From Gammaproteobacteria bacterium (GTDB taxonomy: Bacteria; Pseudomonadota; Gammaproteobacteria; UBA4575), in contig CBDCUI010000007.1 in assembly GCA_965222615.1 (NCBI GenBank), positions 128,001 to 192,000 of the forward strand: a stretch of DNA of 64,000 bases, in the 5' to 3' direction. Under the pieces are notes generated by a model, which saw nothing but the letters and a program-made list of their open reading frames with translations, was not told where the DNA came from and did not search any database. A program made the position numbers and the translations under genes. Below are positions 20,685-30,968 of this stretch, piece by piece. Position 1 is the first letter of the stretch. Every line of letters begins with the position of its first letter.

Positions 20685-21374
20685 TTATTTTGTCGGTTGA
20701 ATAAACTCTGCAACTTCTACAATGGAGCTGATTATATAGTCTGCGCCCAAAGCATCAACTCCTTTGCCCTGATGATATCCATAATTCACACAAAAAGACT
20801 TCATTTTGGCGGCCTTAGCAGCATGTATATCACTCGCAGAGTCGCCCACCATCAAGGCCTGAGAAGGATTTAGCTTTGCTTCATTTAATATATGAGTTAG
20901 TGCTAAAGGGTTTGGCTTTTTTGCTGGCAAGTCATCACCGCAGACTACATATTTAAAATACTTATCTAATTTAAATGCTTGCAACAAAGCTGGAGTGAAA
21001 CGCCGTGGTTTATTAGTGATGATAGCCATTTTAATTGAGCATGCCTGCAAAGCCTCCAAACCTTCATATACACCTGGATATACCACGCTTTCATTACTGA
21101 TATGTTGTTCATAAATATCAAAAAATAATTGTTGTGCTTGTTTAAACAAATTCGTTTCTGGTTCTCCATCCATTGTCCCGGTTAATGCACGTTTAATTAA
21201 AAATGCTGCACCGTTACCTATCCAACCACGAACTTGTGCTACATCTCGCGTTGGGTAATTAAGTTTTTGTAACATCTTATTTAAGCTGATCGTAATGTCT
21301 GGAACACTATCGACTAAGGTGCCATCTAGATCAAACATTACGCAACGCGTATGCACAAAAGAAAAATCGTCCAT
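20685..21374 (-). CDS. gph: Phosphoglycolate phosphatase
   Basis: FDLDGTLVDS HAD motif, TNKP, KP, MVGDS; rpe-gph-trpE synteny. Confidence 0.93.
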   Translation of the reverse strand: MDDFSFVHTRCVMFDLDGTLVDSVPDITISLNKMLQKLNYPTRDVAQVRGWIGNGAAFLIKRALTGTMDGEPETNLFKQAQQLFFDIYEQHISNESVVYPGVYEGLEALQACSIKMAIITNKPRRFTPALLQAFKLDKYFKYVVCGDDLPAKKPNPLALTHILNEAKLNPSQALMVGDSASDIHAAKAAKMKSFCVNYGYHQGKGVDALGADYIISSIVEVAEFIQPTK

Positions 21375-21439
21375 GCAAAAAATATCTGAACGTGCTTCTA
21401 GAAATAGTGAATTTTATTGGGATAGTGAGGAAGAACTGC

Positions 21440-21490
21440 GCGCAAAAACAAAGTGTATAAAGTGTATAGGTAAATACATGAGTATTTGAT
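21440..21490. repeat. Degenerate family 1 core (copy C), no TIRs
   Basis: AGTGTATAGGTAAATACATGAGTATTT at 21461-21487 with a short tandem duplication AAAGTGTAT. Confidence 0.65.
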
Positions 21491-21506
21491 TACGAGACTG
21501 ACGACG

Positions 21507-22199
21507 CTATCGCGAAAAAGACGCATTTATAGAAGTGCCTTCCAGTTGTTCGCGCATTTTAGCGATAGTACCTTGATAGTCTTTTGTGTTGAAGATTGCA
21601 GAACCGGCTACGAAAGTATCTGCCCCAGCAGCCTTTATTTTTGCAATATTATCAACTTTCACGCCGCCATCAATTTCTAAGCGAATAGGCAAACCAGATT
21701 GATCAATTAACTTTCTTGCTACTTTCAGCTTATCTAAAACTGCTGGAATAAACTTTTGCCCGCCAAAACCTGGATTAACAGACATTAACAACACCATGTC
21801 TATCTTATCCATAACATATTCCAACTGATCAAGAGGAGTGGCAGGATTAAATACTAAACCTGCCTTACAGCCTTGATCATGAATTAGTTGAAGACTGCGA
21901 TCGATATGCTCTGAGGCTTCTGGATGAAAGGTAATAAAACTGGCTCCTGCAGCGGCAAAATCAGAGATGAGCCGATCTACAGGTTTTACCATTAAATGCA
22001 CGTCGATAGGTGCTTGCACCCCATAATCTCGTAGCGCCTTACAAACAACAGGCCCAAAGGTTAAATTGGGCACATAGTGGTTATCCATCACATCAAAGTG
22101 AATAATATCAGCACCCGCTTCTAACACAGCATTCACTTCTTCACCGAGACGCGCAAAGTCGGCTGATAATATTGAAGGGGCAATCCAATCTGCTAACAT
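21507..22199 (-). CDS. rpe: Ribulose-phosphate 3-epimerase
   Basis: [38 protein letters not shown]. Confidence 0.98.
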   Translation of the reverse strand: MLADWIAPSILSADFARLGEEVNAVLEAGADIIHFDVMDNHYVPNLTFGPVVCKALRDYGVQAPIDVHLMVKPVDRLISDFAAAGASFITFHPEASEHIDRSLQLIHDQGCKAGLVFNPATPLDQLEYVMDKIDMVLLMSVNPGFGGQKFIPAVLDKLKVARKLIDQSGLPIRLEIDGGVKVDNIAKIKAAGADTFVAGSAIFNTKDYQGTIAKMREQLEGTSINASFSR

Positions 22200-22370
22200 G
22201 ATTTAATAACCGCTATTATTTAAGATCTGCACTTTAACGTATAACCATGTAATTTGCAGCTAAGTTCCAGTAGACTTTATGCATAGAATTTCACCTACTA
22301 TCAAAATGCCATAAAGAACTTCTGAAAAATTAGAACTTACATAACTTTAGAATAAAGAGAGTACAAAATA

Positions 22371-22853
22371 ATGGACTTACAACCCTACTATATGCCTGCT
22401 GCAATTGCCGGGCATTTACTCGCTGCAGTAATCTGGGTGGGTGGTATGTTTTTTGCGTACACAGCACTCCGTCCTGCTGCCGCAAAACTTCTTGAAGCCC
22501 CACAAAGATTAAAGCTGTGGCGTAAATCTTTGAGCAGTTTCTTTTTTTGGGTTTGGATTTGCATCATCGCTTTGCCAGCAACAGGCTATTGGATTATCTT
22601 TGCTCATTATGGCGGCATGGCCCGTGTGGGCTGGCATGTACATATCATGCAAGTACTTGGAATAATAATGATACTAATTTTCTTGCATGTTTTCTTTGCT
22701 CCATTCATGCGTTTACGTAAAGCCGTTAAGCAAGAAGACTTTCAAACTGCAAGCCAACACCTGGCACAAATTCGAAAGCTTGTTGGTATTAACTTAACTT
22801 TAGGAATTATTGTTTTAATTGTGGCAGGCGGGCTGCGTTATATAGCAATTTAG
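22371..22853 (+). CDS. CopD/DUF4149-like membrane protein
   Basis: HLLAAVIWVGGMFFAY motif; 4 TM. Confidence 0.75.
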   Translation: MDLQPYYMPAAIAGHLLAAVIWVGGMFFAYTALRPAAAKLLEAPQRLKLWRKSLSSFFFWVWICIIALPATGYWIIFAHYGGMARVGWHVHIMQVLGIIMILIFLHVFFAPFMRLRKAVKQEDFQTASQHLAQIRKLVGINLTLGIIVLIVAGGLRYIAI

Positions 22854-22881
22854 TCAAAGATCCACCCCTATTAAATTCTGC

Positions 22882-23039
22882 GGAAGCTCTGATTTATTAA
22901 TGGAATGACTGAGATTAGGCAAAATGATTTTGAAAAAACGGAGTGTATACTTCCTCTATTTTCTCGGCATACATGAGTATTTTGAAAAATCATTACTAAT
23001 TTACCTTTTTGGGACATATCAGAATAAATCAGAGCTTCC
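22882..23039. mobile_element. Family 1 element copy D (expanded core loop)
   Basis: Perfect TIR pair GGAAGCTCTGATTTATT / AATAAATCAGAGCTTCC. Confidence 0.85.
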
Positions 23040-23068
23040 TTAACACCTCATGTCAAAAGATGCTCTTT

Positions 23069-23380
23069 TCACTGACAACTTAGCGAAGCATAATATGCAG
23101 CAAGATTGGCAATATCTTCATCTGAAAGAGCTGAAACCATTGGCTGCATCTGTGCACTTTCTCTATCACCATCTCTAAATGCAGTAATTTGTGCAATTAG
23201 ATACTCCTCTTTCTGACCCGCAAGATTTGGGAAGGCGCCCACCGGACTAATCCCTGCACCTCCATGACATGCCGCGCAAGTTACTGACTTGGCCTTACCC
23301 GCTTCAGCATCGCCAGCATAACTTACTGTTACAAACAGAAACAAAGCTAACACACAAAAAGCTCCGCTTATGGTTTTCAT
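23069..23380 (-). CDS. Monohaem cytochrome c553/c554 type
   Basis: Signal peptide, CAACH, PNLAGQ, axial Met; start set at ATG 23380 after AGGAG RBS. Confidence 0.93.
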   Translation of the reverse strand: MKTISGAFCVLALFLFVTVSYAGDAEAGKAKSVTCAACHGGAGISPVGAFPNLAGQKEEYLIAQITAFRDGDRESAQMQPMVSALSDEDIANLAAYYASLSCQ

Positions 23381-23541
23381 TACATTCTCCTGTGAATTTA
23401 AAAGATAAAAATTGAATAAGTTAGAAAGTGATATAACTTTAAAAGTTCGAACTTTTCCTGAAATTAAAAAGTACACAGTTTGTAAATTGTACTACTAGTA
23501 GCTATCAATACATTTGACAAAAATCAGTTTCTACACACTGA

Positions 23542-25014
23542 TCACGAAGTATCAACACGCAAATTTCGGGTTACATACATGAGTACCATCAACACTAATA
23601 ACAACAGCATCGTGCCCATTAATAAGGCATAATCTTCAAGTCGTAACAACGAATATAGAACAATGTATAAAGCTGTCAATAAGATGAATATGATCCCTGC
23701 TTTCGACCAACTCTTGAGTGCTGCAGCGGTATAAATGGTTATTAGTCCAATGTTAATCAATGCCGCAAGTATGTACGCCGTCAAAAATGATACGTGTTCG
23801 GCGATTGACAACAAAACCAAATAAAACAAGGCAAGCGCGATACCAATCAATCCATACTGCACAAAATGTAAACGCGATTGTGTGGTAAGTTCAAAAATTA
23901 AAAATGTAAGAAAAGTTAAACCGACAAATAATATTCCATATTTTACGGCACGCGTTACTTTAGAATACAAGAACACAGGCTCAAACAAATCCACACCTGC
24001 TACGAATTCATTTAAGTTATATGCTTGCGTTGGTGCTACCCATGTTTGTGGGAAATTGCGTGCCAAATGAGGGATAGACCATGTTGCAACAAAACCATCA
24101 TCTCTAATTTCTCTTGTTGCTGGTAACACCATGCCCTTGAAACTCGGATGCGGCCAACTGGATTGCATCGTTACCTTGGTAACTTCACCAAAAGGAGCAA
24201 AACGAAATCCTTCACTGCCATTAACTGACATCTTGGTACTGAATTCATACCGATCTGCATGTTGATCGAATGCAGCAATGTCTGCATGAAATCCGTGACT
24301 TAATAGTTCTGTTAATTTTGTACCAGGAGAAAAACCTAATTCCATCCCATTCCAATTCAAAGAATTAACTTGATTAATGGCTCTTGTATCAGACAAACCC
24401 AAAATTAAAAACGCCTTATCCCAATTAACCTGGTGTATATGTTCTGATAGGCTTTCGATATTAACTTTTTCGAAATTGCCATTAACTGAAATCTCAGAGT
24501 TATAGACTAAAGACTTATAAATACCACGTTTGCGGTGCTGTTCTGAAAGTGAGACATCTAAATTCAATTCTTTTGGCAAATTTACTGCATATTTAGTTAC
24601 ATAAGTAGTTTTTGATTTAACTTTTTCTCTACCCTGCTCATCTGTTGTAGTCTCTTCACTTACATGTTTTTCAATAAATGGTATTACGAGAACAGGGCCC
24701 TGTAATAACTGCTGACCACCCCAAGAATTTGCGATGTCATATAAAACATCTCTATACAAATTGTTTCGTTCATGTACGACTTCATGCATTAAAGCTAATG
24801 GAATCAGCATAACTAATGCAATAACACCAACAATAATACTGCGCAGAGTTAAACTTTCATTCATATTGTTTGTAATATCCTGGTAAGTGTTTCTATCACT
24901 TTGAGCGGGATTATTCACTGGCCTCACAAATTTTCGCACTAATAAAAAAATTAGTGTTCCTACCCCCGCCAATATGGCAAGCACTATTAATAAAGCAAGT
25001 ATCCCGTAAAGCAT
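23542..25014 (-). CDS. creD: Cell envelope integrity protein CreD
   Basis: WGGQQ...GPVLVIP, RGIY, SWPHPSF, RAVKYG, HFVQY, LLSIAEH. Confidence 0.92.
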   Translation of the reverse strand: MLYGILALLIVLAILAGVGTLIFLLVRKFVRPVNNPAQSDRNTYQDITNNMNESLTLRSIIVGVIALVMLIPLALMHEVVHERNNLYRDVLYDIANSWGGQQLLQGPVLVIPFIEKHVSEETTTDEQGREKVKSKTTYVTKYAVNLPKELNLDVSLSEQHRKRGIYKSLVYNSEISVNGNFEKVNIESLSEHIHQVNWDKAFLILGLSDTRAINQVNSLNWNGMELGFSPGTKLTELLSHGFHADIAAFDQHADRYEFSTKMSVNGSEGFRFAPFGEVTKVTMQSSWPHPSFKGMVLPATREIRDDGFVATWSIPHLARNFPQTWVAPTQAYNLNEFVAGVDLFEPVFLYSKVTRAVKYGILFVGLTFLTFLIFELTTQSRLHFVQYGLIGIALALFYLVLLSIAEHVSFLTAYILAALINIGLITIYTAAALKSWSKAGIIFILLTALYIVLYSLLRLEDYALLMGTMLLLLVLMVLMYVTRNLRVDTS

Positions 25015-25301
25015 CTCGAAATTCGTACTGTTTAATCGAAATAAGCAAAAATCATAGTTTTAAAAATATTAGAGAAAATGTTTTTTATTTAGTTTTTTTG
25101 AACTGTTAATAATAAGCTAAAGTATTAGGAAAGATACCCCAAAGTCCTCTAAGAGCATACATTATAAAGCTGTGTCAAAGATCTTCCGGCCAGTAGCTAA
25201 ATATGGTCGTTTGGCCATTTTTTATTGGAAATTCAGTCAATTAGCCTCTCTAATCACGCGTATATAAATAATGAGTACAATACAAGTGAGGACTCATCCC
25301 C

Positions 25302-26036
25302 ATGCAATTTGAAAAGATTCTACCCTTCATAAATCAACCTCAAATGTACGTTATATGCGTATTGATGGTACTTTTATTTGTTTCGATATCACCGGCCTCA
25401 GCAAATATGGTGTTGAGTGAAGCCATTGTACATTTCGAGCCTGGAAAGCCTTTACGTAAAGATATTGAAGTTGAAAATCCCAGCTCAGAAAACCTATATG
25501 TTGAAGTCACTCCTGCGGTCGTACTGGAACCTGGCACAGAAAATGAACAACGCCAATCTATTAGCGATCCACGTGAGTCCGGTTTACTTGTCACTCCAAA
25601 CAAACTTGTAGTCCCCCCAGGCGGGCGTAAATTAGTACGTTTAGTTTCTTTAGAACCACTTGGTGAAAAAGAGCGCGTGTATCGCGTTACTTTTAAACCT
25701 GTTGTTGGGGATTTAGAAACCGAACATATCGGTATCAAAGTTTTGATTGGTTACGAAGTGCTGATATTAATGCAACCTTCAACACCAAAACCGAATCTCG
25801 TTGCAATACGTAATGGCAAAAAACTTTCGTTTGCAAATAAAGGCAACACTAATGTGTTACTACGTGAAGGCACACAATGCCCCAAAGGTTCATCAAAGAA
25901 TCCTGATGATTGCGAGAGCCTGCGCGGTAAACGTTTATACCCCGGAAATAGCTGGTCTGTAGATCTACCCTACAATATGCCAGTTGAATATCAGATAAGC
26001 ATAGGCACCAAAAACTCAGTTAAAACCTTTAACTGA
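25302..26036 (+). CDS. Fimbrial chaperone (PapD/CooB-like)
   Basis: Signal peptide; LLVTPNKLVVP..RKLVRL; ERVYRVTFKP; NKGNT; start uncertain. Confidence 0.85.
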   Translation: MQFEKILPFINQPQMYVICVLMVLLFVSISPASANMVLSEAIVHFEPGKPLRKDIEVENPSSENLYVEVTPAVVLEPGTENEQRQSISDPRESGLLVTPNKLVVPPGGRKLVRLVSLEPLGEKERVYRVTFKPVVGDLETEHIGIKVLIGYEVLILMQPSTPKPNLVAIRNGKKLSFANKGNTNVLLREGTQCPKGSSKNPDDCESLRGKRLYPGNSWSVDLPYNMPVEYQISIGTKNSVKTFN

Positions 26037-26074
26037 GCTTTCTTACTCTTCCTAAGACACGCTTAGGTGTCATC

Positions 26075-28534
26075 ATGCAGAGCGAGATACTAAGTACTAT
26101 AAAAAGTATACCGTCTTTTAGCTGGGGCATTTGCGTGTTGTATATTTTATTTTTTTCACAGAACATACTTGCTCAAGGCCCCCAAAAAATTCGTGTAAAA
26201 GATGCTCCACCACCAGGCTTTGAGGATTTGGTACGCCCTCAAACCACTGAAGTTGATGTGTATTATGGTAACGAAAAGGTCGGTAGTACTCTAGCCACTT
26301 ACACTCCTGATAGTATTGAGTTAATTTCACCAGAAGAGGTCACAGCAATAATTCCACATTTAATTGATCCAGACATAATTACTAAATCGCTATCAGGACC
26401 AATTAACACGCATGCAAGCGAAGTATGTTTATCAGAATTACAACGAGAATGCGGCATTATCGAACCAAATATTGCAGGCGTAATCTTTGATGAAAGTCGT
26501 TTTCGCTTATATGTATTTGTTAATAGCTTACAGTTACAGCCACAGGGAATTGTCTCTAATAAATTTTTACCTAAAATAACTTCACCTAAATTCTCGAGTG
26601 TCAATGCCTTCTCAAACAGCTTTAGTGGAGAAGATGGCGATTCCTCCTACACATCAGGTGCCAATCATATAATTTCTTACGGGCAATCACGGCTTCAAAC
26701 TCTATGGGACTATTCAGACACACTCGGTTTTAGCGTAGAAACATTGTCACTACAAAATGATAATGAGGGAATAGCTAAAGAATTGGGGTTTTTTAATTCC
26801 AATACACGCTTTACTTCTTTTACTAACAATTTAGATATAGCGGGCACACGTATTTATAGCTCTACTAACACACGCACAGATTTAGATTACTCGCAAGCTA
26901 CAGAAATATTTTTGTTTTTAAATTCACGCAGTCAAATTGAAGTTTTCAAAGACAATAAACTTATTGATGGTGGTTTCTATGATGCCGGCAACCAGCAGTT
27001 GGATACTTTGCGACTGCCCTCTGGATCGTATCCGATTACACTACGCATTACTGATTCTGCTGGAAATACAAGAGGGGAGCAATTCTTTTTTGTAAAAACT
27101 GCAATCTTGCCACCTCAGGATCAACCCTTACACTTCTTAGAAATGGGCCTGTTGGAAAAAGATAATTCTGAAGATAGTTTGCCAGAAATATCTGATAGTG
27201 AACTCATACGAGTTGGCACCGCCTACCGTTTGCAAAATAATCTCGGAGGTTCGATCGAATACTTACATTCTGCAGATATAGATTTAATGCAAGGCAGTTT
27301 AAGTTATTTTGGACCGGGTTATCTTTTACAAAACTCTATTATGTATGGAACCGACAGCGAATGGGGCTTGCAATTTTTAGGGCACTATCGCCGCGAGAAT
27401 TTTGCGATCAACTTTGATTACCGCCAAGTTGACTCTGCTCAAGATGATTTTGAAGAAGATATAGAGGCACGTATTTTGCCTGATGACTTTAGCCAAGGAA
27501 GTATCTCAGCAAGTATCCCTTTTCGCAAAGGACAATTAACATTACGTACACAATATAACGATAAGCGAGATGAAGATTCTAGAACTTCATATGGATTAGA
27601 TTACCGCTATCCACTCTTACAACGGAACCGTTATTCTATAGAAGCTAACTTTAGTTCCGCTTTTGAAGAAGACGACTACAGAATTCAATCCGGCCTACGT
27701 ATAACAAGAACAAAGCCAGGCCAATTTCTAACTATACATCCAAGTTATTTAGCCAGAGAAATTAATGGCGACTCTGAACAAGGACCACTTTTATTCGCAG
27801 GATTAACGAACAGCTATGAAAACACTCGTTATGGAAGATTTACATATGGTGGTTTTCTATCTGAAGAATTAGAACGCTCTACGGCTGGTGTACGCGCCGA
27901 AAATAGCTCTTCATATGGACGTGCTGATGTGCAATTTGAATGGATAGATGATGAAGATCGTGGTGATTTTACACGTTTCCGTGGAGTACAAAACGCTAAT
28001 GTTTTATCGGATGGCAAACAATTGACTTTTGGTGGAGATCGAAATACTAGCAGTGGTATTGTACTAAATCTGCAAGGACCATCCATTGATGAACCTTTTG
28101 AAATATTCGTAAATGGCCAACCACGTGGATTTACTAAAGTTGGTAAACGTACTGTGTTACCTTTAGATGCTTTTAACACATACTCAATACGCATTCGTTC
28201 AAGGAGTAATGAACTATTACACTTTGAAGAAGGCCCTCGTAAAATTACACTATATCCAGGTAATGTGCAGACTATCACTTATGATGTACAACCCGTGATA
28301 GTATTAATTACACGTATATTATTGGCCGATGGCTCACCTGCCGCACATGTGCGCATAGAAAATGCAATTGGCTATGCAGTGACGGATGAAGATGGCTGGC
28401 TGCAGGCAGAATTATCCGGTAATACCTCTTTGCAAATTTCTAAAAACGGTAAAGAAATTTGTAGCATTAAACTACCAAAGCTTGAAATTAATCAAGGTGT
28501 AGCGTTTGTTGATAATCTCAGCTGTAGTGAATAG
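26075..28534 (+). CDS. Fimbrial usher, CS1/TcfC-like
   Basis: PPGFEDL..PQTTEVDVYY N-terminus; GNQQLDT..LPSGSYPITLRI plug; TLYPGNV C-terminal domain. Confidence 0.85.
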   Translation: MQSEILSTIKSIPSFSWGICVLYILFFSQNILAQGPQKIRVKDAPPPGFEDLVRPQTTEVDVYYGNEKVGSTLATYTPDSIELISPEEVTAIIPHLIDPDIITKSLSGPINTHASEVCLSELQRECGIIEPNIAGVIFDESRFRLYVFVNSLQLQPQGIVSNKFLPKITSPKFSSVNAFSNSFSGEDGDSSYTSGANHIISYGQSRLQTLWDYSDTLGFSVETLSLQNDNEGIAKELGFFNSNTRFTSFTNNLDIAGTRIYSSTNTRTDLDYSQATEIFLFLNSRSQIEVFKDNKLIDGGFYDAGNQQLDTLRLPSGSYPITLRITDSAGNTRGEQFFFVKTAILPPQDQPLHFLEMGLLEKDNSEDSLPEISDSELIRVGTAYRLQNNLGGSIEYLHSADIDLMQGSLSYFGPGYLLQNSIMYGTDSEWGLQFLGHYRRENFAINFDYRQVDSAQDDFEEDIEARILPDDFSQGSISASIPFRKGQLTLRTQYNDKRDEDSRTSYGLDYRYPLLQRNRYSIEANFSSAFEEDDYRIQSGLRITRTKPGQFLTIHPSYLAREINGDSEQGPLLFAGLTNSYENTRYGRFTYGGFLSEELERSTAGVRAENSSSYGRADVQFEWIDDEDRGDFTRFRGVQNANVLSDGKQLTFGGDRNTSSGIVLNLQGPSIDEPFEIFVNGQPRGFTKVGKRTVLPLDAFNTYSIRIRSRSNELLHFEEGPRKITLYPGNVQTITYDVQPVIVLITRILLADGSPAAHVRIENAIGYAVTDEDGWLQAELSGNTSLQISKNGKEICSIKLPKLEINQGVAFVDNLSCSE

Positions 28535-28587
28535 CTATTTTTTCCAAGGACTATTTTCTTATTTTAAGTTTTATTTGCACTTCATAG

Positions 28588-29067
28588 TTATTCTGGTCCT
28601 ACAATTAATACTACTGTTCCCGTATAACGCCCTGCAGGCATCTGCGCTAAGTCGCTATCCGAAATAAGAATAGAAATATTTGCATTGGGACGATTGCATT
28701 GAGTCTGATTGCGACCTCTTCTTCTAGCTCTTAAACTAGCTAGCGCTCGTCCAGCTACAAGCTCCGTGGCACCGTTCGGACGTGGACGATCATTAAAAAA
28801 CAAACGATAGGGTAAAGTATTCCCAGCATTAGAAAGAACAAATGTATTTATGCCACCCTGGCCGTAAGCAGTTATTTGATAAAGGGGTGCTCCAGGGGGT
28901 CTAACTGTCACACATAGATTAGCATTAGCTCGTAATGGTCCCGCACCGATGACCCATCTGCCAAGGTTGAAATCTTCTAAACCATAGATGCGAATCTCTG
29001 CGAGTACAGATACAGAGCTAAACAATAATAACAGTATTACTAACAAGCATTTTGAATGCTTGAACAT
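28588..29067 (-). CDS. Pilin-like subunit 3 (Arg-rich, no N-terminal donor strand)
   Basis: Signal peptide; one Cys pair; C-terminal AGRYTGTVVLIVGPE; paralogous to upstream subunits. Confidence 0.7.
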   Translation of the reverse strand: MFKHSKCLLVILLLLFSSVSVLAEIRIYGLEDFNLGRWVIGAGPLRANANLCVTVRPPGAPLYQITAYGQGGINTFVLSNAGNTLPYRLFFNDRPRPNGATELVAGRALASLRARRRGRNQTQCNRPNANISILISDSDLAQMPAGRYTGTVVLIVGPE

Positions 29068-29099
29068 ATGACAACTACTTGTTTTGAGAAATGCTAAGA

Positions 29100-29714
29100 T
29101 TAGTCGGGAATGACAAGTAGTGTCAATGTCCCACTGTATACTCCTCCAGCGGCACTAGATAGTTCAGTATCTGGGATTTCTATTTCAACATTGGCATTGG
29201 TAATACACAAACCTATTACATTAAGAAAAAATACAAAGGCACTTCCAGTTTGGCCATGTAGAATCAAACCCGGTGTAAGCTGCTGATTACCTCCGGTTCC
29301 ATTTGCATCATTCCAATACACATTGTAATAAATCTGGTCTACTCCATTGCTAAGCGTGAATGCAGCTGGATCAAATCCATCACCATTGCCTGCAGCACGG
29401 ATTGCATAGGGTCCAAAAAAATCATTTTTACCTATACATACGTTGTCATTATCTGACAAAGTACCGTCACCTAAATTCCAATTACCAAAGTTGAAATCAC
29501 GTAAACTTCGTATCCATATTTGACGCCCAACCACGACTGTATTTTCTATAGTGCCAGTAGAGGTGACACCTTGTGAACCTTGCGTCGCAGCATCAAGAGA
29601 TGAAAATGATAAAATAATAAATACGGTCAGACAGTACAGCAGTACACCGCAAGAATGTCTAAAAAATAACCATATAGGTAATTTATTATTTTGTGAAATC
29701 TTTGAAAGATACAT
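29100..29714 (-). CDS. Pilin-like subunit 2 (minor)
   Basis: AATQGSQGVTSTGT N-terminus; Cys pair; GGVYSGTLTLLVIPD. Confidence 0.75.
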   Translation of the reverse strand: MYLSKISQNNKLPIWLFFRHSCGVLLYCLTVFIILSFSSLDAATQGSQGVTSTGTIENTVVVGRQIWIRSLRDFNFGNWNLGDGTLSDNDNVCIGKNDFFGPYAIRAAGNGDGFDPAAFTLSNGVDQIYYNVYWNDANGTGGNQQLTPGLILHGQTGSAFVFFLNVIGLCITNANVEIEIPDTELSSAAGGVYSGTLTLLVIPD

Positions 29715-29727
29715 ATTCGCTTACAAA

Positions 29728-29767
29728 CAAAAAATGCCAGCAGAAAATTATTCTGCTGGCATTTTTG
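29728..29767 (-). terminator. Intra-operonic terminator after the major pilin
   Basis: 16-bp perfect stem AAAAATGCCAGCAGAA / TTCTGCTGGCATTTTT with T tail. Confidence 0.85.
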
Positions 29768-29797
29768 CAAAGTAAAAAACTATTGAAGACTTCAGAT

Positions 29798-30346
29798 TTA
29801 TCTAGGTGCAACTACAATAGTTAAGGTATCTGCATAAGTACCAGCACCCACTGCGCCCAAATTTGCATCTGGAACATTGATTGCGATAGTTGACTGAGGC
29901 GAACCACCGCAAATAGGTGATGTGGTATTTGCATTCGTGAAGTTAGTGTTATCCAGGACATTGTTATCCATATCAACAGCACCAGAAACACTGTCACTAA
30001 ACGTAACATCATAAACTACAAATGTGCCCGCATCATTTAACCGAAAATCTGTTCCACTTCCATTAGCGCTGGTGATTGTTACGTTGAAATCACCTGTGCC
30101 GCCGTTACGATATACACAAGCAGTGCTGCTGCCAGTGAAATCGGAGCCAGGCACATATGGACCTGTGATGTCTGCCAGACCTGAAATTTGAATTTGATCA
30201 CCAACACCCACAGAGATATCAACTGTACCTGTAGAATTTGGTCCCAAATTACCCTGCGTAGCTGCGAAAGTGCTACCAGCAACGACTAATGCGCTTGCTA
30301 CAAATAATCCTTTTAGAGCATTTTCGATTTTTTTCATTTGAATCAT
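29798..30346 (-). CDS. Pilin-like subunit 1 (probable major subunit)
   Basis: Signal peptide; AATQGNLGPNSTGT; Cys pair; AGTYADTLTIVVAP; followed by terminator. Confidence 0.8.
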   Translation of the reverse strand: MIQMKKIENALKGLFVASALVVAGSTFAATQGNLGPNSTGTVDISVGVGDQIQISGLADITGPYVPGSDFTGSSTACVYRNGGTGDFNVTITSANGSGTDFRLNDAGTFVVYDVTFSDSVSGAVDMDNNVLDNTNFTNANTTSPICGGSPQSTIAINVPDANLGAVGAGTYADTLTIVVAPR

Positions 30347-30640
30347 TCCTAATTTGATTGTTAAAAAATCTTCCCAATTTGTCTTGGGCGTTACAAATTT
30401 TTCTGCTGGATTTGTTCCTTACCAAATGGACTAAATCGCAGACCAATGACCTAAAGTATATCGAGGTTTGTGTTTTTGAATCGTTTGAGCCGATGAAATA
30501 AAGCCCTTTAGTTACAATCGGTTAGCGTTGATGCTAAAGTGTTAGAGCTGGTCAATTAGTGACGAAAAAGGTCCAAATTTTTCTCATTGTCAGACAATAT
30601 ATGTCACTGTTATTAAGCTATAAGTCATTGATTCTTAAAA

Positions 30641-30955
30641 TTGTTTGAACACTTCAAAAAATTCGGTGTACTGCGTATCCTATTGTTGATCGCTGCATTA
30701 ATACTGATGTTCATTAGGCCTGAACCAGGCAGTCCTGCTGCACGCAGCGGAGTAGAAATGATCCCAACGCTAATTGCGCCGGCATTGACCCCTCTTGTTT
30801 TTATGCTTCTACTCTTTGATCTCATGATGAGTCGCATACGCATGACTGAAAATCATGTGCGCGAAAAATTTCGACACATTAGTTATATAGAGTTTGCGGT
30901 TGCATTGCTCTTATTCTTAATTTGGCTACCATTTTTTTTAGCCATAGGTCGCTAA
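30641..30955 (+). CDS. Hypothetical membrane protein
   Basis: 3 TM segments; 13 bp upstream of next gene. Confidence 0.65.
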   Translation: MFEHFKKFGVLRILLLIAALILMFIRPEPGSPAARSGVEMIPTLIAPALTPLVFMLLLFDLMMSRIRMTENHVREKFRHISYIEFAVALLLFLIWLPFFLAIGR

Positions 30956-30968
30956 GTCAAGAGCCTGA

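Noticed and set aside
30347-30480. Possible c-di-GMP riboswitch in the pilin leader
   Set aside because: No GEMM consensus (GGCAAAC..GAAA..GACGCAAA) found
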